From NCBI GenBank assembly GCA_030149205.1, contig JASBSB010000001.1, positions 720,001-752,000 of the forward strand: DNA of 32,000 nt, in the 5' to 3' direction. Both the position numbers and the translations under genes were made by a program. Below, piece by piece: positions 1 to 8,123 of this stretch. The DNA comes from Candidatus Heimdallarchaeota archaeon (GTDB lineage Archaea; Asgardarchaeota; Heimdallarchaeia; Heimdallarchaeales; Kariarchaeaceae). The notes under the pieces are model-generated. The model made no database searches. It saw only the letters and a program-made list of their open reading frames with translations, and was not told where the DNA came from. The number at the start of each line of letters is the position of its first letter. Positions within the stretch are counted from its first letter, which is position 1.

Positions 1-1
1 G

Positions 2-211
2 AATCAATCTGCATCAATTGGATTCAACCTAAACTTCGGTAGTCGAAACTACAGCTTTAACAAGTCTAATCCTGTGATCATAAAAAATGATTTAATGCAG
101 GGGAAAGTCTATTCATCAACGAGTTCACAGGCTAATTTACCGATTCAAGAGATTTCAATCTTTCTTGGTCTGATTTTGACTGTTGTTATTTCAAGGAGGT
201 TCAGAAAATGA
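2..211 (+). CDS. 3' end of a C-terminally membrane-anchored surface protein (partial, starts before the window; not in the ORF track)
   Basis: Frame from nt 2 is open for 69 codons: ...SSTSSQANLPIQEISIFLGLILTVVISRRFRK*. Ser/Thr patch, Pro, hydrophobic helix, basic tail. Its TGA (209-211) overlaps the ATG (208-210) of the next gene. Confidence 0.8.
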   Translation, partial: NQSASIGFNLNFGSRNYSFNKSNPVIIKNDLMQGKVYSSTSSQANLPIQEISIFLGLILTVVISRRFRK

Positions 212-1056
212 AACAAATATCAATCTTGGGGATATCTCTTTTAATACTCCTGATGATGGCTACATCAACAAATGCCCTTACAATGACACCCGAACAACTT
301 CAGTCATTTGAATCACCATTTAATTATAAAACAACAGTTGATTTTTCACCTGCTGATGTAAAGCTAATTCCAAAGTCTAATATATTGAGCAATAACACGT
401 TTTCCCAAACTGTTGAAAAAACCGTTTGGCAGGGCGGCCCTCAATTAATTTTAGGTTATCCCACTACTTATCTCCCAAGTTTTTCCCGCCTGCGTGAAAA
501 CTTCTCGCTATCAGTGGATGTAACTCAATTACAAAGCTCTAAGGTTAGGTTAACATTGACATACATTGTCGACATGTTTAATATCATGAAAAGTAGCTTC
601 TTTTCTACATCAATGGAAGACCGCCTCATGAACACAACTGTCAAATTATCATACTATAATTCGACTGAATACACTCGCTCCCTGGGGAATTCTTACTACT
701 CAAATTCGACACATTGGTTCCCAGACTTTAGCTATTATAACATTCTTCATTCATCGAACATAATTATATTTTCCAGACTTGTGGTTTATCTATCCACAAT
801 TGATAATTTACCATGGAACTCAACAGCTTCTCTTACTTTTAATCTACAGGGGATACATAATCCAAAACTGTATGAAATGAGTTTACAGAGGCTTCAGAGA
901 CTAACAAACAGAAGTGTTAGCTCAATTCAGAGCCTTTCAACCACACCTACATCCAGCAAAATTCGTTTTACTCCTTTAAGTTTCTCCGCAGTCTTAAGTT
1001 CTATTGGATTTTTAGCGACCCTGATTTACCTTAAAAGATACAAAAAACATAAATGA
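208..1056 (+). CDS. Secreted/surface protein with signal peptide and C-terminal TM + basic tail
   Basis: N-terminal MKQISILGISLLILLMMATSTNA signal peptide; S/T-rich linker; C-terminus FTPLSFSAVLSSIGFLATLIYLKRYKKHK; several NxS/T sequons. Confidence 0.8.
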   Translation: MKQISILGISLLILLMMATSTNALTMTPEQLQSFESPFNYKTTVDFSPADVKLIPKSNILSNNTFSQTVEKTVWQGGPQLILGYPTTYLPSFSRLRENFSLSVDVTQLQSSKVRLTLTYIVDMFNIMKSSFFSTSMEDRLMNTTVKLSYYNSTEYTRSLGNSYYSNSTHWFPDFSYYNILHSSNIIIFSRLVVYLSTIDNLPWNSTASLTFNLQGIHNPKLYEMSLQRLQRLTNRSVSSIQSLSTTPTSSKIRFTPLSFSAVLSSIGFLATLIYLKRYKKHK

Positions 1057-1276
1057 CAAACGTAAACATTCAACCAGTCATCAGTCTTGTTTGAGACAAC
1101 ATCAAATCATGAATTTTTAATTCATCCTGTGTCGTCTGAACTGATAATAATATTAAAGTAATAGGAAATTTTGAACCTGTTGAAACTTTGCGTAATTTAA
1201 AGGCAAATATTAGTTTGAAGAACGGTTTTTTCTCCCTAGACAGTACTTCGAAAATTTTCTAACAAAATACTATCGA

Positions 1277-1495
1277 TTACTTTTTCTTTTTTGGCACCTT
1301 TTTGAGTGTTTTAGGCCTGCTGATTTTTACAACAACTACAACCAACAAGAGGAGGAACACCGCTACAGCATATGAGCTTGGAAAAAGTTCTCAAAACACA
1401 TTTAAGAATTACATACCATTTTAGAGTTTTATACTCCTCTCTTGCGATCCTGAGACACTGTTTTGACTATCAGGAGAAATGACTACGGAATTGAC
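1277..1495 (-). pseudogene. Decayed in-frame extension of the WD40 gene: relic eighth WD repeat followed by a TM/basic-tail segment
   Basis: Same frame after TGA 1496-1498 reads VNSVVISPDSQNSVSGSQERSIKL*NGM*FLNVF*ELFPSSYAVAVFLLLLVVVVVKISRPKTLKKVPKKKK* (73 codons, 3 internal stops). Confidence 0.7.
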
Positions 1496-2389
1496 TCAGA
1501 CCATTTTATCATCAAGAATCTCCCCATTCTCAGACCAAAGTCGAACCGTCTCGTCAGTACCTCCAGACGCAAGCATCTTCCCATTAGGTGAGAAAGCAAC
1601 AGACCAAACAGAGTCCTTGTGACCCTTGAGCACCCCTAGTGCTTCACCATCCTTTGACCACAGCCGAATCGATTCATCAGTACTCCCAGAGACAACAGTC
1701 TGTCCATCAGGGGAGAAAGCGACGGAATTGACAAATAATGTGTGACCCTTGAGCACATGCAGCAAGTCCCCATCAAATGACCAGAGACAAACTGACCTGT
1801 CATTGCCACCAGAGGCAATCATTTGACCATCAGGAGAGAAAGCGACAGAGTTGACACAATCGATATGGCTTTCGAGCATCCGTAGAAGGATCCCATTCAC
1901 TGACCAAAGTCGAACCGACCCACCAAAATCACCAGACACTATGCTCTGACCATCAGGGGAAAAAGCAACTGATTTAACTGGGAATGTAAAACCACCGAGC
2001 ATATGTAGAGGGGTCCCATCAACTGACCACAGGCGAATCAACCCACCTGAACCAGCAGAGGCGATCATCTGACCGTCGGGGGAAAAGGCGACTGAAAAGA
2101 CAGGGCCTATGTGCCCTTTGAGCAAATGCAACCGGCCCCCATCAACTGACCACAGGCGAATCAACCCACCTGAACCAGCGGAGGCGATCGTCTGACCATC
2201 AGGGGAGAAGGCGGCTGAAAAGACAGGACTTGTGTGGCCCTCCAGCACACGCAACTGCTGACCATTCACTGACCAAAGGCGAACCTTATTGTCATTGCCA
2301 CCAGAGGCGATCATCTGACCATCGGGGGAAAAGGCGACTGAAAAGACAGGGCCTATGTGACCTTCAAATTTATTTAACACAATTTTCAT
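1496..2389 (-). CDS. WD40-repeat protein, 7 highly regular repeats (stand-alone beta-propeller)
   Basis: Seven ~41-aa repeats of the form GHxxxVxSVAFSPDGQxIASxGxDxxVRLWS; no other domain. Confidence 0.95.
   Translation of the reverse strand: MKIVLNKFEGHIGPVFSVAFSPDGQMIASGGNDNKVRLWSVNGQQLRVLEGHTSPVFSAAFSPDGQTIASAGSGGLIRLWSVDGGRLHLLKGHIGPVFSVAFSPDGQMIASAGSGGLIRLWSVDGTPLHMLGGFTFPVKSVAFSPDGQSIVSGDFGGSVRLWSVNGILLRMLESHIDCVNSVAFSPDGQMIASGGNDRSVCLWSFDGDLLHVLKGHTLFVNSVAFSPDGQTVVSGSTDESIRLWSKDGEALGVLKGHKDSVWSVAFSPNGKMLASGGTDETVRLWSENGEILDDKMV
2015..2359. repeat. Near-identical 123-bp-period DNA repeats inside the WD40 gene
   Basis: 2015-2056 = 2138-2179 (42/42 nt, offset 123); 2056-2113 vs 2302-2359 (57/58 nt, offset 246). 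Confidence 0.9.
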
Positions 2390-2412
2390 TTGTTACCTCT
2401 GTGTTGGGCAAC

Positions 2413-2420
2413 TTTATAAA
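2413..2420 (-). promoter_or_regulatory. Archaeal TATA box of the WD40 gene
   Basis: TTTATAAA about 24 nt upstream of ATG 2389, preceded by an A-rich BRE-like run. Confidence 0.6.
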
Positions 2421-2500
2421 AGTTTTTTTCAGACTTGGCGTCTCAGTGATGCTTTGTTGGAGGTGCTGTCTATTGAGCTTGAATAGGGTAATAACTTGTA

Positions 2501-3721
2501 TTAAAAGGATTTCCCAGATTTAATGACTGCCTCAAAGTTTGTCTTGTCCTGTAGGATCTTCACGTCATCCAGTGGGTTTGAGCGAAGCAGCAGCAGATCC
2601 GCATCATAGCCCTCCTTCAGCATCCCAGATTTGGGTGCACGTGCACCGAGAGTTTTTGGGCCGTTTCCTGTTGCTGTGACCAGTGAATCCATGGGTTTCA
2701 TCCCTGCCTCCACATAGAACTGTAGCTCTTTGGCGTTGCTTCCCCACCTGTTCATTGGTGCAAGCTGGCTTCCTGCGATATCAGTTCCCATGGCAATTGA
2801 CACACCTTTTTTGATGGCAAGCTTCATAGCCTCCAGGTGTCTGTCAGCAGTCATCCTCATCTTCTCCTGTGCGTAATCCGGAAGCAGGTCCAGCATCTTC
2901 ATGGACTCATCTATAATGAATCGTGTTGGTATAAGCAAAGCCTCTTTTTCCAGCATAAGATCTGCAAGGTCTTCTGTGAGAAACGTCCCATGCTCGATTG
3001 TCTTGACACCTGCCAGAAGTGCGTTCTTGATGCCAGGTGCACCATGACAGTGAGCGGCAACAGCGACCTGAGCACGTGTTGCCTCCTCCACAATGGCTTT
3101 TGCCTCTTCATAGGAAAACTGTTGGTTAATGGGATTGTCCAACTCTGAGAGCACACCTCCAGATGCATGAAACTTGATGACCTCAGCCCCCAACCTAAGC
3201 TGCTTTCGAACACCCCGTGTGCACTCATCGGGGCCATCAACGGTGTTATACAGCCATGAGTCTGAGTTCTTGGTGAGATATGCCCAGACAGAGTAGGGAA
3301 GGCTGTGCATGTCTCCATGTCCTCCAGTCGTTGAGAGCATCCCTCCTGATCCATAGACTCGTGGACCGAGGACGCTGCCCTCCTGAACTGCCCGCTTGAG
3401 AAAGACCCCATAACCACCAAGCTCTCTGACACTGGTTATCCCTGCGCTGAGTGTTGCCTCTGCATCCTTAGCGACCCTCATCGCCTGATGGTATGGGTGG
3501 GTAAAGAACTCTTGATTAAAGTCCAGCTTTAGAACCCCCACATAGTGTCCATGACACTCCCAGAGTCCTGGCATGATGGTGTTTACGCTTTTTACCTCCG
3601 TAGATTCTGGGGCATGCTCGCTCTCACCTGCATAGGTTATTTTTGTGTCTTTGATCATCACAGATCCGTTTTTTATGCGTTCGCCATCCCCCATGATTAG
3701 GTTTTCTGCATCTATTCTCAT
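2501..3721 (-). CDS. Metal-dependent amidohydrolase (prolidase/Xaa-Pro dipeptidase-like subgroup)
   Basis: TIMPGLWECHGH (HxH metal motif), AGITSVRELG, VIKFHASGGVLS, VAAHCHG, TIEHG, IAMGTD, GYDADLLLL..NPLDD. Confidence 0.92.
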   Translation of the reverse strand: MRIDAENLIMGDGERIKNGSVMIKDTKITYAGESEHAPESTEVKSVNTIMPGLWECHGHYVGVLKLDFNQEFFTHPYHQAMRVAKDAEATLSAGITSVRELGGYGVFLKRAVQEGSVLGPRVYGSGGMLSTTGGHGDMHSLPYSVWAYLTKNSDSWLYNTVDGPDECTRGVRKQLRLGAEVIKFHASGGVLSELDNPINQQFSYEEAKAIVEEATRAQVAVAAHCHGAPGIKNALLAGVKTIEHGTFLTEDLADLMLEKEALLIPTRFIIDESMKMLDLLPDYAQEKMRMTADRHLEAMKLAIKKGVSIAMGTDIAGSQLAPMNRWGSNAKELQFYVEAGMKPMDSLVTATGNGPKTLGARAPKSGMLKEGYDADLLLLRSNPLDDVKILQDKTNFEAVIKSGKSF

Positions 3722-3743
3722 GGAGAATCGGGTGAATTCTGTC

Positions 3744-3751
3744 TTTATAAG
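3744..3751 (-). promoter_or_regulatory. Archaeal TATA box of the amidohydrolase gene
   Basis: CTTATAAA on the minus strand, about 23 nt upstream of ATG 3721. Confidence 0.55.
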
Positions 3752-3824
3752 TGATTAGAACTGAGCAAATATCTTTTGTGACAATCTGTGTTATCCCAGA
3801 AGTATTTTGATCTGCTAAACTATG

Positions 3825-4925
3825 TTATGAAACTGAATAAATTTGATGGGTGAGTTTCTCCAGCATTACTGGGTTCATAGTTATAAGCTCAGGTTTTGAC
3901 AAGTTAACCAATGCTGAGATCTTTGATTTAGTCCTTTTAGACAGCTTGTATGCCATGATACAGACTGCCAGACCATCAATTGGAGTAATTAAAAAATATT
4001 GATCTTTGGATTGTAACTCAAGGTAATCCCCCTGATCAGAAAGAATTTCAATTTCTGAGGAAAAGTTTAGAAATGCAGCAAGTGCTCCAGAAAGAAGTAT
4101 GTCTTTGTTAGATGGGAGTCTGGTCTTTTCATTTTTATGGTCATGGTGAATTAACTTCCCACTTTTGGTTATGATGTAGATCCTTTCAATCTCGGTGTCA
4201 ACACTTGCATCATATAGTAGAGGGAAGACAAACAACAACACGTTTCCCAGAACAAACAAGGCAGTTGAGAAGAGCTCGTTAATGGAGATTATACTTGAGA
4301 TTGTTGGCCTGAATGAGCTAATGAGCAGGTATATTTCTACAAAAATAAGCAGGAGAATGAAACTGAAAGAAGCCTTTCGGGTAAATGAAACACCCTTGAT
4401 CTTGGTGAGATAGATGTATTCACTCAACATAATTAAGAAGAACTGGGGTGCTAATACCAAAAACTGAATTAATCTTAATTCTGTGGTCTGAAAATCCCCA
4501 TAGAATGTTAATATCTGGAATATCTGCAAATGTGACCATAAGAAAGATGCTAAGGTGATGGCAAATGGTAAGACTCCCATGACAGGTAACACAAGATCGA
4601 TATTCTCCTCATTTCTCCCGTAGTTGATGATAATTGAAAATAAGGCAGCACTTGAAAGTGCGGTCAATAAAATCTCCATCACATTAACAACCACAAGGGA
4701 GAACAGAAAATGGAGATAAAAAAACACATCCTGTAAGACATAGATAAATAGCAGAAACAGCCAAAACTGTCCATGATTTAAAGTGTAGAAGTCCTTGTAG
4801 ATAAGAAAGGAAATTATGAGTAAGGCTAATATCTCGATAGAGATCAATGAGTAGCTGTAAATTTCCATTTGCTCCACTTCCTGCAAATTGCTATTCCCAG
4901 AAGTATTTAATGTGTTTTTTGTCAA
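3825..4925 (-). CDS. 7TM membrane protein with C-terminal cytoplasmic longin/roadblock-like domain
   Basis: Seven hydrophobic segments, then IERIYIITKSGKLIHH...ILLSGALAAFLNFSSEI...YLELQSKDQYFLITPIDGLAVCIMAY...TKSKISALV (beta-beta-alpha-beta-beta-beta-alpha pattern). The TTG start is uncertain; the downstream ATG (MEIYSY) is possible. Confidence 0.65.
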   Translation of the reverse strand: MTKNTLNTSGNSNLQEVEQMEIYSYSLISIEILALLIISFLIYKDFYTLNHGQFWLFLLFIYVLQDVFFYLHFLFSLVVVNVMEILLTALSSAALFSIIINYGRNEENIDLVLPVMGVLPFAITLASFLWSHLQIFQILTFYGDFQTTELRLIQFLVLAPQFFLIMLSEYIYLTKIKGVSFTRKASFSFILLLIFVEIYLLISSFRPTISSIISINELFSTALFVLGNVLLFVFPLLYDASVDTEIERIYIITKSGKLIHHDHKNEKTRLPSNKDILLSGALAAFLNFSSEIEILSDQGDYLELQSKDQYFLITPIDGLAVCIMAYKLSKRTKSKISALVNLSKPELITMNPVMLEKLTHQIYSVS

Positions 4926-5007
4926 AATAAGAGAATGCGTATTTTGTTAGGATTTTTGTATTATTTAGCGAGAATTATTTTTATCCAGATGTGTGGTGCA
5001 AATATCG

Positions 5008-5757
5008 TTAGTTTTCTATTTTCATAAGTAATTCTACTCTTTGAATGTATTCTTCAAAATTTATTGGTAAATGAGACGCCTTATTTTCGCTTGAGATCTT
5101 TTTGTATAGTGTGACTAGCTTAATCAACCTAGATTTTGTCAAAATGAGCCCTTCAGGTGCATAGCCAATAATATACCCCAAAAAGGGGATGGTTAGACCG
5201 ACCGGGATTAGCCACAGCTCACTTGGGTAGATGATCCCCCCCATGAGTGCAATAGTGTAAAGAGAGAATAGTGTGATCCACAACCCTTGAGCCTGATTTA
5301 CTCTTTCATCTCTGATCTCTGGTTTTGCGGTAATAAATGCTACCAACCCGAAGACTGCGAAAATTGTGAGTGTATACTTTAGGTACTCAATCCTTGCTGA
5401 GAACACTGGAAAAAGGCTTGAGATTGGCGACTCAAGACTTAACCCCAAAAGCATGAAAGTCAGAAGGATAGAAGTGACATATATTGGCTTTGGGATCTTC
5501 TTTCCGGTTATTAGCCAAACTGCTGAAATTAGTGTTATGACGTCAAGATATGTTATGAGAACAATTAGGGCTTTATCAACAAAAGGCACATTTGGAATCA
5601 ACAGGAATAGGACATTTATAGCAGCTCCTAAAAGAGTCAGACCAATGAGCAGGATCTCCAGAAGTCTCACCTTGAAATAAAGGTATATAGAGTATCCCCC
5701 AATTAAAAGTAACCCAGCGGTAAGGTAAGCGATGAGACCGTCTTGCAATTGTCTCAA
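5008..5757 (-). CDS. 7TM membrane protein of unknown function, paralog of 6052-6813
   Basis: Seven predicted helices; shares LFPVF, TIPFLGYxIG.xPEG and EEYIxRV with its neighbour. TTG start. Confidence 0.8.
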   Translation of the reverse strand: MRQLQDGLIAYLTAGLLLIGGYSIYLYFKVRLLEILLIGLTLLGAAINVLFLLIPNVPFVDKALIVLITYLDVITLISAVWLITGKKIPKPIYVTSILLTFMLLGLSLESPISSLFPVFSARIEYLKYTLTIFAVFGLVAFITAKPEIRDERVNQAQGLWITLFSLYTIALMGGIIYPSELWLIPVGLTIPFLGYIIGYAPEGLILTKSRLIKLVTLYKKISSENKASHLPINFEEYIQRVELLMKIEN

Positions 5758-6051
5758 TATAGAATGATAGTACTTAATGATTCTTTTGGTACTGTGTCTA
5801 TATGTATTGTATGCAGTTTGCTAGTTAATAAACAATGGTTGGCTATGGTTCACATGAAAGGGTCAATTGAGGATTATATGGTTGAAGATTAAAGTTGTTG
5901 GGAGTGGTGGTATGAGGAGGTTCAATACCCATGAACATATTGGGGATAGGATTATGGGGGAAAAGATTGTGGGAAATAGAAATTACGGGATGGAAAAGTT
6001 TTTGGATGAAAATTAGATTGAGTAACAAAGATATAAAGGCACTTGGAGTAT

Positions 6052-6813
6052 TCAAATATCCTCGTATAGCCTGTCCTTCACCCTATTGATGTACTCCTCA
6101 TAGTTTGTGGGAAAGGATTTCTTCTGGTTTTCCAGCTTTATAACCTGATTATAGGTCTCCACCATCTTTATGATTCTAGCGTTTGAAATAACGGTTCCCT
6201 CAGGTACAAACCCAATGAGGTAACCAAGAAATGGGATTGTGATACCTATTAAGATCAACCAGTTAGTTGAGGGGTAGATGAAGCTTCCTAGCAGTGCAAA
6301 TACAAAAATAGAGAAGATAGATATCCAGATGTTTCTGGCGAGATTCACCCTGTGATCATCTTTAGGGATTTTTGTAAAGACAAAGGACAAGAGCCCAAAA
6401 ATGCAGAAAATAAGTAATACTGCTTTTATGTAGGTATCTGTTGCTGTGAACACCGGGAACAGTCTGTCATATGTTGACTCACTGCTCAAACCAATAAGAA
6501 GAAACACGGTCGCAAGAATCAGATAAAAGACCCATGTTGGAACAACAAAGCCAGTCATATACCAGTAAGAAACGAATAGTAGCACAAATCCAATGGCAAG
6601 TATGGTTAGTAAAATCCAGAGGTTTAGTTTTTTGAACTGGGGCACAAGAAAAATCATCAGGTTTGTAGCACCTGCAAATGTGGAAAGTGAGAAGATAAGC
6701 AGCTCAATGAGTTTCAGCTTGTAATAGAGGTAAAGGACATAGATCCCTATCAGTACCAAGCTAGAGATGATGAAGCTCACTAAGCCAGTGTTCATATTCA
6801 TTAGAAATTGCAC
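6052..6813 (-). CDS. 7TM membrane protein of unknown function, paralog of 5008-5757
   Basis: Seven predicted helices; DRLFPVF, ITIPFLGYLIGFVPEG, NYEEYINRV. Confidence 0.8.
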   Translation of the reverse strand: MQFLMNMNTGLVSFIISSLVLIGIYVLYLYYKLKLIELLIFSLSTFAGATNLMIFLVPQFKKLNLWILLTILAIGFVLLFVSYWYMTGFVVPTWVFYLILATVFLLIGLSSESTYDRLFPVFTATDTYIKAVLLIFCIFGLLSFVFTKIPKDDHRVNLARNIWISIFSIFVFALLGSFIYPSTNWLILIGITIPFLGYLIGFVPEGTVISNARIIKMVETYNQVIKLENQKKSFPTNYEEYINRVKDRLYEDI

Positions 6814-7156
6814 ACCAGATATAAATACATTTTAGTGAATGAGATAGTTTAATGAACAATTCAACCAGTTTATTTATGCAATTAGTATGTTAATTAAGAT
6901 TATTGTTAAGATAAATTGAGCATAAATTTTGATAGATTTATTCATGTCGAACCTAATAGGATTTGATAAGAGTCTCCCAAGAATTGGCATTGTCAGGGTA
7001 AATTTTCCTAGACATCGTTTCAATGTTTTTAATTTCTGGTCTCATATTGGGTTCCATTTTGGCTTTTCTCTATGCATTTGTACACTCCCTCTTATTTAGT
7101 TTTGGTACTACCCTATGAGTTCTTGTTTCAAGAGCTTGAAGCTGATAAAGAATTTG

Positions 7157-7972
7157 TCATTTCGACTCTTGCATCTTGGTGGCCTTAATTGTGAAGGTAA
7201 GAGGTATCTTGTCTGAGTAAGGCTCAGGTAGCACCCAGCCGTGGTCTGTCTTTATCATAAATGGAAGGTTTTGAAAGAAGCTGGTTGCTGATTCTTTAAA
7301 TTCAGTCAGAATTATTCCGTTGGACAGTAATGCTGTAACAATCTCTGAGATTGAGTGATTCCACTCATAGCAGGTGGTGTTCTTAAGCTTAGGAAGACCC
7401 TCTTCATGAATGTACGAGTATTCTCCCTCAAATTTCATAGGGAGCTCCGATCTAAAGTAACTGTATTTGACTCTGAGATCATCAGCTTCATCATCAAACA
7501 CGTGTATAAATGGATGTGAATCCTTTATGAAGAAGATACCATCAGGTTTGAGCAGTCTGGATATTGTCTTTGCCCATTTATCTAGGTCACCAAGCCATGG
7601 AAGGACACCAACAGAGGTAAACACAATATCAAACTGTTCATCCAGTGGCACATTATAGACATCTGCCTCTACAAACCTAGTGTCAAGCCCAAGTTCGGCG
7701 GCGAGTGATTCTGCCAGTTTGATCGCTGGCTTTGAAAAATCCACCCCTGTTGCCTTTGCACCTAACCTACTAAATGACATCGTATCAAGTCCAAAATGAC
7801 ATTGCAGATGGAGTAGTGTTTTTCCACTTACGTCTCCAATCTCAAGGTGCTCACCAGCGACAAAGCTCAGCTCTCCCTCCTTGAACTGTTTTAGCCTATA
7901 TCCCTCAGAATCCCTGTGGATCTCAACTCGTTCATCCCAGTTTTTCATATTGGTAAGTTGGAATTCATCCAT
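7157..7972 (-). CDS. Class I SAM-dependent methyltransferase (small-molecule type)
   Basis: GKTLLHLQCHFGLDT (motif I variant), ATGVDFS, FVEADVY, FDIVFTSVGVLPWL.DLDKWA, LLKPDGIFFI.DSHP. Confidence 0.9.
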   Translation of the reverse strand: MDEFQLTNMKNWDERVEIHRDSEGYRLKQFKEGELSFVAGEHLEIGDVSGKTLLHLQCHFGLDTMSFSRLGAKATGVDFSKPAIKLAESLAAELGLDTRFVEADVYNVPLDEQFDIVFTSVGVLPWLGDLDKWAKTISRLLKPDGIFFIKDSHPFIHVFDDEADDLRVKYSYFRSELPMKFEGEYSYIHEEGLPKLKNTTCYEWNHSISEIVTALLSNGIILTEFKESATSFFQNLPFMIKTDHGWVLPEPYSDKIPLTFTIKATKMQESK

Positions 7973-8096
7973 ATCCTGTCTTGAGTTGATTGCTTATGAA
8001 ATTTCCTACTGGTAGATTAAAGATTGAATTGAATCAAATTGACATCCCCAATCAAATAATAATATTGCGAATTTACCAATTATTGTTGAAAAAACA

Positions 8097-8104
8097 CTTA
8101 AATG
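8097..8104 (+). promoter_or_regulatory. Putative TATA box (with A-rich BRE) of the wH/ATPase-nuclease operon
   Basis: GAAAAAACA-CTTAAATG ending 20 nt before ATG 8124. Confidence 0.45.
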
Positions 8105-8123
8105 CGTTTAATTAAATTACCCT

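Noticed and set aside
1391-1498. Stop-codon recoding or selenocysteine read-through of the WD40 TGA
   Set aside because: The extension also has TAA stops in frame, and TGA ends other genes normally (209-211, 8799-8801); decay is simpler.
1496-2389. WD40 protein as a Sec13/Sec31-like eukaryotic signature protein
   Set aside because: Highly regular bacterial-type repeats, elevated GC and no alpha-solenoid.
5843-6055. 70-aa minus-strand ORF between the 7TM paralogs
   Set aside because: TTG start, His/Pro/Asn bias explained by the strand's C-richness, no recognisable motif.
5008-6813. 7TM paralogs as rhodopsins (helio-/schizorhodopsin)
   Set aside because: No lysine in the seventh helix and no DxxxK or SxxxK retinal-binding motif.
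7157-7972. Adjacent methyltransferase as the cognate DNA methylase of the nuclease
   Set aside because: No DPPY/NPPY or PC catalytic motif; LHLQCHFG type matches small-molecule class I methyltransferases.
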